Positions 48,695-57,091 of a DNA stretch of 64,000 nucleotides are shown piece by piece. Position 1 is the first letter of the stretch, and each line of letters starts with the position of its first letter. The stretch lies in the NCBI GenBank assembly GCA_029213075.1, contig JARGPO010000080.1, positions 34,658 to 98,657 on the forward strand. Direction: 5' to 3'. Made by a program: the position numbers and the translations under genes. Below the pieces are notes generated by a model. It ran no database searches, had not been told where the DNA came from, and saw only the letters and a program-made list of their open reading frames with translations. This stretch comes from Legionellaceae bacterium (lineage in GTDB: Bacteria; Pseudomonadota; Gammaproteobacteria; Legionellales; Legionellaceae).

Positions 48695-49939
48695 ATGATT
48701 ACATCTTTATCTTTAGTACTAGCTAGCATGTTAACATCTTATGCCGCTCCATATCCAAATCTATTGATTATAAACAATGCTATCAATGAATCTCAATACA
48801 AAAAGCAGCTACAATCAATGACTGCCTACGCACTAGAGAAATTCTACGCGCACACCAACAGCTCTAATCTCAAATACACATTAAGTCACGAAGCCAAAAC
48901 ATTACGATCTGAAGTCATAAATAAAGTTTTAACAACCATTCAATGCGCAAAAAAACTAAATATAGAACACAATAACATTCTAACTGTCATTGATTACTCT
49001 ATTCCATCAAACCAAAAGCGCTTATGGGTTTTTGATTTAGAAAAAAACAAGCTTCTTTATCATACGTATGTTGGTCATGGCATTAAATCAGGAACTCTAT
49101 TAACAGATAGTTTTTCCAATGTTCAAAATAGTAAAGCCAGTAGTCTAGGTGTCTATAAAACCGAAGGTGCATACTATGGGCGGGCTGGTCGTTCTTTAAG
49201 ATTACAAGGATTAGATAGAAGCTTTAATGATAACGCATCAAACCGCTATATTGTAATGCACGGTGGTTGGTATATGGATGATGCTTTTATAAAAAAATAC
49301 GGAAGATCTGGCCGCAGTTGGGGATGTCCTGCCTTACCACTATCTCTTACTAAACCGATAATTGAAACTATTAAAGATCACTCGCTGATGATAATGTACT
49401 ATCCAAGTGATCGCTGGCTTGCAAAGTCTAAGTTCCTAAATTGCAATAAAGATAAAAAGACTAATGCCAATAATATCATACAACAACCCAAAGCTAGTCC
49501 AATACCACGTGAGCATGTATTATTTGCGAAACTTCATAAAAATAAAGCTATCATTTGTTTAAGTGCAGATAAGTATACGCAAGCATTTCATCACACTCCG
49601 CCACTAAAAAGAATGCTAAGACGTAGAATAGGTAAAGATGAATATATCGCTCTTAGTAGCAATGAAATTAAGCAACTAGTTACATCACCTCGGCCTGAGC
49701 TTGAAAGTTCAAAAGTTCTAGATGAAATTCAATTTGTAATTCCTGTAGTAAAGAATCGCCGTGGCTATTATGTAACGGAAATGCATTGCCTCCCTCATGA
49801 AAAAATTACCTCTATTTCTATGCATGAAAAATTAAATAAGAAAAATGAATTGAAATATAAATATACAATTAACTTTGAATCAGCACCCCCAATAAAACTA
49901 AGCGCAACTAACCGCTTTATTCGCTGGCTTGGATTATAG
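48695..49939 (+). CDS. L,D-transpeptidase catalytic-domain (YkuD_2-type) protein with long C-terminal extension
   Basis: Signal-like N-terminus. The block RLWVFDL...YHTYVGHG..SG....FSN...S..SSLGVY.T...Y.G..G.SLRL.GLD..FN.NA..R.IVMHG...SWGCPALP contains the catalytic His and Cys. About 170 further residues follow. Confidence 0.78.
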   Translation: MITSLSLVLASMLTSYAAPYPNLLIINNAINESQYKKQLQSMTAYALEKFYAHTNSSNLKYTLSHEAKTLRSEVINKVLTTIQCAKKLNIEHNNILTVIDYSIPSNQKRLWVFDLEKNKLLYHTYVGHGIKSGTLLTDSFSNVQNSKASSLGVYKTEGAYYGRAGRSLRLQGLDRSFNDNASNRYIVMHGGWYMDDAFIKKYGRSGRSWGCPALPLSLTKPIIETIKDHSLMIMYYPSDRWLAKSKFLNCNKDKKTNANNIIQQPKASPIPREHVLFAKLHKNKAIICLSADKYTQAFHHTPPLKRMLRRRIGKDEYIALSSNEIKQLVTSPRPELESSKVLDEIQFVIPVVKNRRGYYVTEMHCLPHEKITSISMHEKLNKKNELKYKYTINFESAPPIKLSATNRFIRWLGL

Positions 49940-49957
49940 AGTTCTTAGCAAGAAGTA

Positions 49958-50791
49958 TTGATATTATTGAGACTTGGTTGGCATGCTCTTTCAGAGCAAG
50001 TTGATAATTGCCAGGATGTAAATATCTCTCCAAACTCTGAGGTTATACTGCCATTTCAACCATTATCTTTCCGTGACTTTCTACTATTTGAGCAACATTT
50101 TATTGATGCAACTCGCGGCTTTGTAAAGCGATTCCTACCAAACAAATATAGAATACCAAAAATATATGAAGCGATAACTGGCAAAACTTTTCCTAAATTT
50201 AAACCATCACCATTATGGTATAAGCAGCCATTATATTACCTTGGAAATCATTTGAATTTTATAACATCAGGTGATGATATCCATACGCCTTCTTATACTC
50301 AGGCATTAGACTATGAACTGGAGTTAGGAGCAATTCTTGCTAAACCATTATTTAACCCAACAGCAAAAGAGGCAGAGCAGGCAATTGGCGGATATGTGGT
50401 CTTAAATGATTTAAGTGCTAGAGATGTACAAATGCCAGAAATGCGATCTGGATTTGGCCCACAAAAATCCAAGCACTTTTTAAACGGGATGTCGCAAATT
50501 GTTGTTACTGCGGATGAAATAAGTAAAGACATTAGCAATCTACAAGGCTCTGTCGCTATTAATCGAGTTCAACTTGTCGAATGCTCAACTGCTAATATGC
50601 AATACTCTATGGGAGAAGCTATTGCGTTTGCTGGCAAAGGAGAGCAACTACACCCAGGCGAACTATTTGGCTCTGGAACACTACCTGGTGGTTCTGGTAT
50701 GGAAAATAGTCACTGGATCCAACCTAACGATATATTAACTTTAAAAATAGATGCTATAGATGAGTTAACCAATAAGATTAACAGGTATTAA
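49958..50791 (+). CDS. fumarylacetoacetate hydrolase (FAH) family protein, possibly 5'-truncated
   Basis: FAH-fold blocks (ELELGAI, VVLNDLSARD, GTLPGGSG). The only available start is a TTG, 4 codons after an in-frame stop. The N-terminus looks about 30-40 aa short for this family as I remember it. Confidence 0.65.
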   Translation: MILLRLGWHALSEQVDNCQDVNISPNSEVILPFQPLSFRDFLLFEQHFIDATRGFVKRFLPNKYRIPKIYEAITGKTFPKFKPSPLWYKQPLYYLGNHLNFITSGDDIHTPSYTQALDYELELGAILAKPLFNPTAKEAEQAIGGYVVLNDLSARDVQMPEMRSGFGPQKSKHFLNGMSQIVVTADEISKDISNLQGSVAINRVQLVECSTANMQYSMGEAIAFAGKGEQLHPGELFGSGTLPGGSGMENSHWIQPNDILTLKIDAIDELTNKINRY

Positions 50792-50831
50792 TCAAGACAT
50801 TACGGAGCATGAAAAACTGACTTTTATATCC

Positions 50832-51284
50832 ATGCATGATCCGCTAACAAAGCTCTTTAATCGCAACGGATTAAATCAATTGTTCACCAAAGAACTAAAA
50901 CGATCAAATTATTACTCCGAGCCTATTTCAATAATAATGCTAGATGTCGATTTATTAAAGCAAGTTAATGATAGATATGGGCATCAAATTGGGGATAAAG
51001 TGTTAAAACGTGTAGCTAAAATAGTTTTGTCCGTTACTAGAGAGGAAGATATTAAGGTCACTATAAGTATTGGTGTTAGGTCCATTCTAAATGGAGATAA
51101 AAACAAACAAAATGCATTGAATAAGGTAGATAAAGCTTTATATATGGCTAAAAAACTAGGTCGAAATCAAGTGGTTTCAATACAACCACTTCGCTCAGGG
51201 AAACAGCATCTTAATTTTGAACACTTTTTCACTAAAAATTTTGTCATTGCGAGCATCACAAAGCATAGATTGATACCTCATTAA
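50832..51284 (+). pseudogene. remnant of a GGDEF diguanylate cyclase gene (no sensor domain, active-site segment deleted)
   Basis: HDPLTKLFNR...IMLDVDLLKQVNDRYGHQIGDKVL...TISIGV...KVDKALYMAKKLGRNQV follows GGDEF-domain order, but the roughly 50-aa stretch that should hold the GG(D/E)EF motif is missing. Linker-like residues (QDITEHEKLTFIS) continue in frame upstream of the ATG into the FAH gene end. The 3' tail runs into a palindromic repeat. Confidence 0.7.
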
Positions 51285-51324
51285 AACACCGATCTGGTTT
51301 GCTTCGCGATGCTCGCAATGACGA
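51241..51324. repeat. two-armed palindromic repeat (GTCATTGCGAGCATC.C.AAGC family)
   Basis: Arm 1 is TTGTCATTGCGAGCATCACAAAGC (51241-51264). Arm 2 reverse-complemented is CTCGTCATTGCGAGCATCGCGAAGC (51301-51325). The loop is about 36 nt. It overlaps the 3' end of the GGDEF remnant. Confidence 0.8.
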
Positions 51325-51436
51325 GATTTGAGTTGAATTTACAGCATAAGATGCGTTTGCCCTGCCGCGTCGATATGAAAAGTGTTTTTATTTATATATG
51401 CTATACTTTAAAAATAATAGCTTAGGAGGCATGGCT

Positions 51437-52303
51437 ATGAGTTTTCGACCTCAAATTGAAATTAATAAAAAAGAGCAAAGCATTCAGTCTTATTATACTA
51501 AGATACTAAACTGCATGCCGTTCTTAATTTATTGGGTTGATGAATCATGTAAGATACAGGGATTCAACGCAAATATAAGTAAGATTCTTAATATATACAG
51601 CAAAGAGGAAGCTGGGGATAAATTTCATGAAAAATTAGCAAAAGCCATTGGAATTCCTGAAAAAGAAATAGAGTCTTTCAAGATTGATGACATGGCCACA
51701 ATTTTTTCTGGACAAGAAGAGAATAATGTTCAGCTCAACACCAAAAACACTTCAGGAAAAAAATATTTATGCACTCGCAACCCAATACGCGATGAACAAA
51801 ACAAAATAGTTGGTGCGGTTATAATCATTATGGATGAGATTATCAATAATCCGATAAAAACTCCCAAAAAAGTTCAGCAAAAGACAATAGACTCAAATGT
51901 TAGTACAACACGTGTTTTAATTGTTGAAGACAATGAAACTTCACAAAAAGTAGAAAAATCACTTTTTATGTCTCTTAACTGCGAAGTTGATTCTGTTAGC
52001 TCAGGTAAAGAAGCAATGAGTATATTTAAACCGGGAAAATATAACCTTGTTATGATGGATATAGGTCTAGAAGATAGCTCTGGATATTTTTTATCAAAAC
52101 AATTTCGGGAGCTAGAAGAAAACACCGATTTCCATGCAATAATCATAGCCCTAACATCCTACAAACCTGAAGATGTGCTAAATGACTGCAAGTACTACAA
52201 AATGGAAGGGGCTATCGGGAAACCTCTCAATAAAGATCAGGCAGACCAAATCATTCAACATTATATTTATGATATGGGTAATCATATTGATGGTCTTGAG
52301 TAA
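51437..52303 (+). CDS. PAS domain + response-regulator receiver protein (no output or kinase domain)
   Basis: AGGAGG lies 7 nt before the ATG at 51437; the ORF track starts at 51398. N-terminal PAS-like block, then a C-terminal receiver domain (VLIVEDNE, phospho-acceptor MMDIGL, ALTS, GKPL). Confidence 0.8.
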   Translation: MSFRPQIEINKKEQSIQSYYTKILNCMPFLIYWVDESCKIQGFNANISKILNIYSKEEAGDKFHEKLAKAIGIPEKEIESFKIDDMATIFSGQEENNVQLNTKNTSGKKYLCTRNPIRDEQNKIVGAVIIIMDEIINNPIKTPKKVQQKTIDSNVSTTRVLIVEDNETSQKVEKSLFMSLNCEVDSVSSGKEAMSIFKPGKYNLVMMDIGLEDSSGYFLSKQFRELEENTDFHAIIIALTSYKPEDVLNDCKYYKMEGAIGKPLNKDQADQIIQHYIYDMGNHIDGLE

Positions 52304-52418
52304 AAAAACCTCTTTGTTGCGATTATGTTTATTTGAACAATCTTCTAATAGTAGAATACTATCATAACTGATCTGTCATTAACCGATCAATTATGATGTA
52401 TAACAATTAAAACAAACC

Positions 52419-54602
52419 TTACTTAGGTGACATAGTATTACAAGAACTATCATCTGCATGAGCATCTGCATAATCTTCAAAATTAGAGTGCTCACCAAAA
52501 TCAATATTTGTATCGTCAGTAACAGATACCTGAGTATTTTGAACAGTCGACATCTCTTTTTCAACTTCCTCAAAAACACCTGCTATTTCAGTAAATTCCC
52601 GTTGTAGGTTCAACAAGCCTTTTCTAATTCCTTTAAGTGCTTGTAAGCTTGAATTTCTTGATCTTGACTCTGGGAAACGCTGCTCTTCTTTTTCTTTATA
52701 AACTCTAATACAATCCTTATAATTTTTTTCAAGTTGCTTAAGCCTTTTAGGTACTTTTTTAGCACTACATGATTTTAAATTATTGAGTGCGAATTCATAT
52801 TCATTTTTCAACCTAATTAGTTCTGTTGCCGATTCTAAAAGGGACGCCTCTTGATTTATATTAGTAATAATTTCATCTTCGTTAAACTCACTTTCATCAT
52901 TAAAGAGTGGTTTTGATTCCATCATTGAGGTTAAACCATTTATTTGTTTAGTAGCAGAAGCATTAACTACTCTACGCTCTTGGCTTGATAATATACCTTG
53001 ATAACCTTCATAAGCTGAAGCCAAGCGATCTAATGCCAGTTGAATTAGCGAAGATCTCTTAATTTGTTGCATTTGTGAAGTAGGTATATTCATCATTGAT
53101 ATCACTTTTTCTCTCATATTTAATGCTTTATCAATTAAATCAGATTTAACAACTATTTCACCTCTTCTCTCAATTTTATAATAATCCAACATAGACTCTA
53201 AATCCGCTTTCTCAGAAGCAGATAGCTTATCATCAGATAAACAAACATTAATTAAAGTAATTAAATTTTTGAATAGACTTTTATTCGCATACTTATAAAT
53301 AGCTGATGTAAATTCATCTTCTTTTTGCAATACATCATGTGCAAATGGTCGCCCATTAGCGGTTATAAAGAAAGGAGTTACGCCAGAATTGAGCAGACTT
53401 ATAAAACAATCAATATTTTTTGTATTATAAGCTCTTTCTAGCAATGATAATTCAACAGTATCCTTAGGAAATTTTCTAAATACTGTATTTAAATCAAAAT
53501 CACCATTATTTATTAACCATTGAAAAGCATCATTTGCCTTGATATTAATTAATAAATGCAGAATCTCTTCTTTCACATAAGCTGCATAATTTACAGCTTC
53601 AGGTTGAGAATAAAGGCTAGGATCTCGGCCAATTAATGCACGTGTTAATAAATCACTGCAAATTTTTTGGCTACTTATTATATTTCTATGCATAATAAGA
53701 AAAATATGAGGCTCAACATGAACGCCTTCATATAAAGAAGCTTCTAATGTTTTTTTTGCCTCTCGTGCATAATTAAATGCCCTTTCTAAAGAAATACTAT
53801 TTTTTGAGGATGTATCCTCCTCAATTAAACCTTCGGTCTCCAGTAATACAGCAAGATCTTTATCAAAAATTTCTTGATTTGAATTTAAAGACGAACTCTT
53901 ATCTATAATTACGTAGGAATCCATTATGGATGCTTGAGAGCTAGTTAACTTGCCATCTTCTTCTGATACTAATTTAGGTATATCATGTTCAGCTGCGGCT
54001 ATATCTTGTAGGGCTAATTTATAGCCTCTCAGTATCTTTACACGGCGCTCTTTTGTAATTAATTCTAATATTTCTGCGCGTTCAATGAGTCCGTCAATTT
54101 GGGTTAATGCGTGACTTACACTAGTTTCAAATAAATTTTGGATGTTGATATCTAAGTCATCTAAATATTTTTTAGTATCTTGTTGATACTCCGCTCTGAA
54201 TTTTTTAATAATAGGCGCACTATAAGCTTGTGCTAAGATTAGTAGTTTATTTTTATCATCTTCACTTAGGTCAATTCTTGCATCATAAGAATCTTTTAAA
54301 ATTGGCTCACAAAGGAGCTCTTCTGTTGCTCCAAAATACACATGCAAAGTATATGCATCACCACTGTCACTATTTATATGGGCTGTAACATGATAATCAT
54401 TTTTATATGAAAACACTTCGTAAGTTTGGTAAAAGCTAACATGAGCATCTAATATTATGCAGTTTTTATCACCGATACTAACTTGTTTATCACGAGGAAG
54501 AGTAATGGCTAACATCGCATATAAGCTGCGGCTTAATGATTCTTTTACAGACTCAGGATTAGTTAAATGTAAATAATGAAAATGAGGATTAGGCCTACCC
54601 AC
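52419..54602 (-). CDS. large helical hypothetical protein (727 aa) with weak ankyrin-like segment and acidic C-terminus, candidate secreted effector
   Basis: Uninterrupted ORF with a GTG start, preceded by AAAGGTG and a near-consensus sigma-70 promoter. No TM segment or signal peptide. The segment LINNGDFDLNT...LLNSGVTPFFITANGRPFAHDVL is ankyrin-like. The tail is ...DFGEHSNFEDYADAHADDSSCNTMSPK. Confidence 0.75.
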   Translation of the reverse strand: MGRPNPHFHYLHLTNPESVKESLSRSLYAMLAITLPRDKQVSIGDKNCIILDAHVSFYQTYEVFSYKNDYHVTAHINSDSGDAYTLHVYFGATEELLCEPILKDSYDARIDLSEDDKNKLLILAQAYSAPIIKKFRAEYQQDTKKYLDDLDINIQNLFETSVSHALTQIDGLIERAEILELITKERRVKILRGYKLALQDIAAAEHDIPKLVSEEDGKLTSSQASIMDSYVIIDKSSSLNSNQEIFDKDLAVLLETEGLIEEDTSSKNSISLERAFNYAREAKKTLEASLYEGVHVEPHIFLIMHRNIISSQKICSDLLTRALIGRDPSLYSQPEAVNYAAYVKEEILHLLINIKANDAFQWLINNGDFDLNTVFRKFPKDTVELSLLERAYNTKNIDCFISLLNSGVTPFFITANGRPFAHDVLQKEDEFTSAIYKYANKSLFKNLITLINVCLSDDKLSASEKADLESMLDYYKIERRGEIVVKSDLIDKALNMREKVISMMNIPTSQMQQIKRSSLIQLALDRLASAYEGYQGILSSQERRVVNASATKQINGLTSMMESKPLFNDESEFNEDEIITNINQEASLLESATELIRLKNEYEFALNNLKSCSAKKVPKRLKQLEKNYKDCIRVYKEKEEQRFPESRSRNSSLQALKGIRKGLLNLQREFTEIAGVFEEVEKEMSTVQNTQVSVTDDTNIDFGEHSNFEDYADAHADDSSCNTMSPK

Positions 54603-54631
54603 AAAACACCTTTAAAGTAAATTAAAGCGAA

Positions 54632-54660
54632 ATTATACCAAAAATCATTTTGCAGATCAA
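54632..54660 (-). promoter_or_regulatory. near-consensus extended -10 sigma-70 promoter of the 727-aa orphan gene
   Basis: The minus strand reads TTGATC-17 nt-TATAAT with TGG immediately upstream of the -10 (TGnTATAAT). This is about 30 nt upstream of the GTG start at 54602. Confidence 0.6.
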
Positions 54661-54782
54661 TTGCGCTTCGTGGTTTGATATCAAACAAAAAAGCAAGGGG
54701 TTTGCTAGTCTTTAGTGTAAAAGCATTAACATGCTAAACTAGCTTTTATAATAGAATGATTTTTTTATTTTTTCGATGATTT

Positions 54783-55031
54783 AGATGTGTTGAAAAGTTA
54801 TCGAAAAGAATCGTTAGAGGATACCAGCACACTACTTACCCCTCTTTATGAGGGGTATCCAGTCAGATTAATTTTAAATTCACTAGATGCTCCTAACAAG
54901 TCGGACCATCTAGGTAGGAGGAACAGATGTGTTGAAAAGTCATCGAAAAGTATCGTTAGAGGATACCCGTACACTACTTACCCCTCTTTATGAGGGGTAT
55001 CCAGTCAGATTAATTTTAAATTCACTAGATG
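54783..55031. repeat. two 107-bp direct repeats (96% identical) separated by a 35-bp spacer
   Basis: Unit 1 is 54783-54889 and unit 2 is 54925-55031, with 4 mismatches. Each contains the hairpin ACCCCTC-TTTAT-GAGGGGT. The spacer carries CGGACCATCTAGG, also present at 15445-15457. Confidence 0.9.
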
Positions 55032-55095
55032 TGGGGGAGTGTATGTCAAAAGCCCCTTCAGTACTGAAAATTTTTATTATAAGTAGAATAAATAA

Positions 55096-56379
55096 ATGAA
55101 AATTACTTTATCTTCAGAAGTTTGGGCGCTAGCTTGGCCAGTAATGTTATCAAATATTTCTATACCATTGTTAGGTATGGTGGATACAGCTATTGTTGGT
55201 CATCTTCCTCACCCAGATAGTATAGCTGCTGTTGCTTTGGCAACAATGATATTTGATGTGTTATTTTGGTGCTTTGGCTTTTTAAGAATGTCTACAACAG
55301 CTATAGCGGCCCAAGAGTCAGATGATAATAAAATTTACTTTCAAAGTTGTGCTATAGCAATCGTTATTTCATTATTTCTTATTTGTATTAGCCCGCTGTT
55401 AAAACAAGGTATATTATTAATAATTCATACTGATATAAGCGTTGAAAAAAAGTTACTTAGTTATTTTGATATTCGTATTTTGTCTGCCATACCTACTCTT
55501 ATAAATTACGTTAATTATGGTTTTTTATTTGGTCGCCAGAATACTAAAACACCTTTAGTATTGTTATTAATTACAAATATCATGGCAATGATATTAGATT
55601 ACATATTGGTTTGGTATATTGATTTAGGCGCGGATGGTATTGCACTAGCAAATCTTATAACTCAAACTATAAGTGCTATTATCGGCGTATGGTTAATATA
55701 TAGAAGATATTTGCAGCAATCAATGCCAACGCAATATCGACTCTTATTTTCGTTGCAACGTACGAAACAATTACTTTCATTAAACACAAATATATTCATT
55801 AGAACGCTATTCTTAGTGTTAACAACTTCATTTTTCACAAGACAAAGTGCTTATCTAGGCGTTAGTATCGTTGCTGCTAATATGATCTTAATGAACCTGC
55901 AGTTATTAGCAAGTTTTGCCTTAGATGGATTTGCAATTGTTGCAGAAACTCTGGTTGCTCGGGCAATAGGCAACAAAAACAAACAAGATTTATATTTTCA
56001 AATCAAATCTTGTGCGCAATGGTCTTGCCTATTTGGTATGATTTTTGTGGTAGTCTACTACATATTCGGTCCATTGTTTGTTTCTCTAATGACATCCCTA
56101 CCAGGTGTTAAATCTATCGCTTTAGATAGTCTACCTTGGTTAGTGATATTACCATTAGTCTCTGTGCCAGGATTTCTCTTAGATGGAGTATTTATTGGTT
56201 TGGCATGCTCGATACCTCTGCGTAATTCAATTTTATTTTCATGTCTTTTTGTGTTTCTACCTATTTGGTATCTCTCACAAGAACTCAACAATCAGGGGCT
56301 TTGGTTATCCTATACTTGTTTCATGCTAGCAAGAGGAATATATTTATTCGTTGTATTTAGTACCAAGAATAAGAGTTAA
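55096..56379 (+). CDS. MATE family efflux transporter (DinF-like)
   Basis: 12-TM layout. The N-terminal LAWPVMLSNISIPLLGMVDTAIVGHL block is collinear with E. coli DinF as I recall it. Confidence 0.85.
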   Translation: MKITLSSEVWALAWPVMLSNISIPLLGMVDTAIVGHLPHPDSIAAVALATMIFDVLFWCFGFLRMSTTAIAAQESDDNKIYFQSCAIAIVISLFLICISPLLKQGILLIIHTDISVEKKLLSYFDIRILSAIPTLINYVNYGFLFGRQNTKTPLVLLLITNIMAMILDYILVWYIDLGADGIALANLITQTISAIIGVWLIYRRYLQQSMPTQYRLLFSLQRTKQLLSLNTNIFIRTLFLVLTTSFFTRQSAYLGVSIVAANMILMNLQLLASFALDGFAIVAETLVARAIGNKNKQDLYFQIKSCAQWSCLFGMIFVVVYYIFGPLFVSLMTSLPGVKSIALDSLPWLVILPLVSVPGFLLDGVFIGLACSIPLRNSILFSCLFVFLPIWYLSQELNNQGLWLSYTCFMLARGIYLFVVFSTKNKS

Positions 56380-56429
56380 GCGAATTTTTGCCGTTTTCAC
56401 ATATTAAATGCCAATATTATAGAGAAATA

Positions 56430-56891
56430 TTAATGAAATTTTGGTAAATCCTTTTCACCCTCATCCTCATCATCCGAGGGATTGTTTATAACTGTTTTTG
56501 GTGATTCTTTAAGCTCGGTTAGCACCATTTTACCCAAGTCTTCATCCTTAGATACCCTTGTCTCAGGTTTAGCTGATGGTTCGGTTTCTAGCTCTTCAAA
56601 TAATTCCTTTTCTTCGCTTGTTTCCTTATGTACTTCAATAGTGGTTATTGCACACTCTCTTTTTAATTGATTAACTAGTGTATTTAACTTAGCTTGACTA
56701 ATTCCATCTAGTTTATCAATATCATGAATTTTCATTTTCATTACAAAGCTTTCATCTGGTTGAGCTGCAGTCACGACGGTACCTGAAACCTCCCCAAAAG
56801 ATCGATTAAACCTAGTCATAACATCCCAAGCTGCTAGTTTTTCATTTGTTTTACTACCATCAATTTCACAAATTAAATATACAACATGCAT
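56430..56891 (-). CDS. hypothetical protein with structured N-domain and acidic disordered tail
   Basis: ORF 56430..56903, with the ATG at 56891 preferred (GGAGA 5 nt upstream). About 90 aa are probably folded, followed by an E/D/K/S-rich tail ending ...NNPSDDEDEGEKDLPKFH. Confidence 0.6.
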   Translation of the reverse strand: MHVVYLICEIDGSKTNEKLAAWDVMTRFNRSFGEVSGTVVTAAQPDESFVMKMKIHDIDKLDGISQAKLNTLVNQLKRECAITTIEVHKETSEEKELFEELETEPSAKPETRVSKDEDLGKMVLTELKESPKTVINNPSDDEDEGEKDLPKFH

Positions 56892-57091
56892 AACAATCTC
56901 CATTGCAAAAACCTAACAATATGTATTAACTATAGCACAAATCTTGGACGAATTCTTCATAGCCTCCCTTTCAATATTAGCTAAATTTCTAACCTTTTAA
57001 ACTAACTCTAAGACTAAGGAGACAGCCGACACTAGACATTAGCAATAGTATTCCGATATCATCCGATTTTTATATCCTCATGGAGAGCATC

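Noticed and set aside
54787-54993. 68-aa ORF in the ORF track
   Set aside because: It lies entirely within the tandem repeat and its sequence is dictated by the repeat. It has no SD, so it is most likely spurious.
54783-55031. Possible CRISPR-like array (repeat-spacer-repeat)
   Set aside because: There are only two units. The repeats are 107 bp, far longer than CRISPR repeats, and there is a single 35-bp spacer that itself shares sequence with another repeat locus. No cas genes or leader are present.
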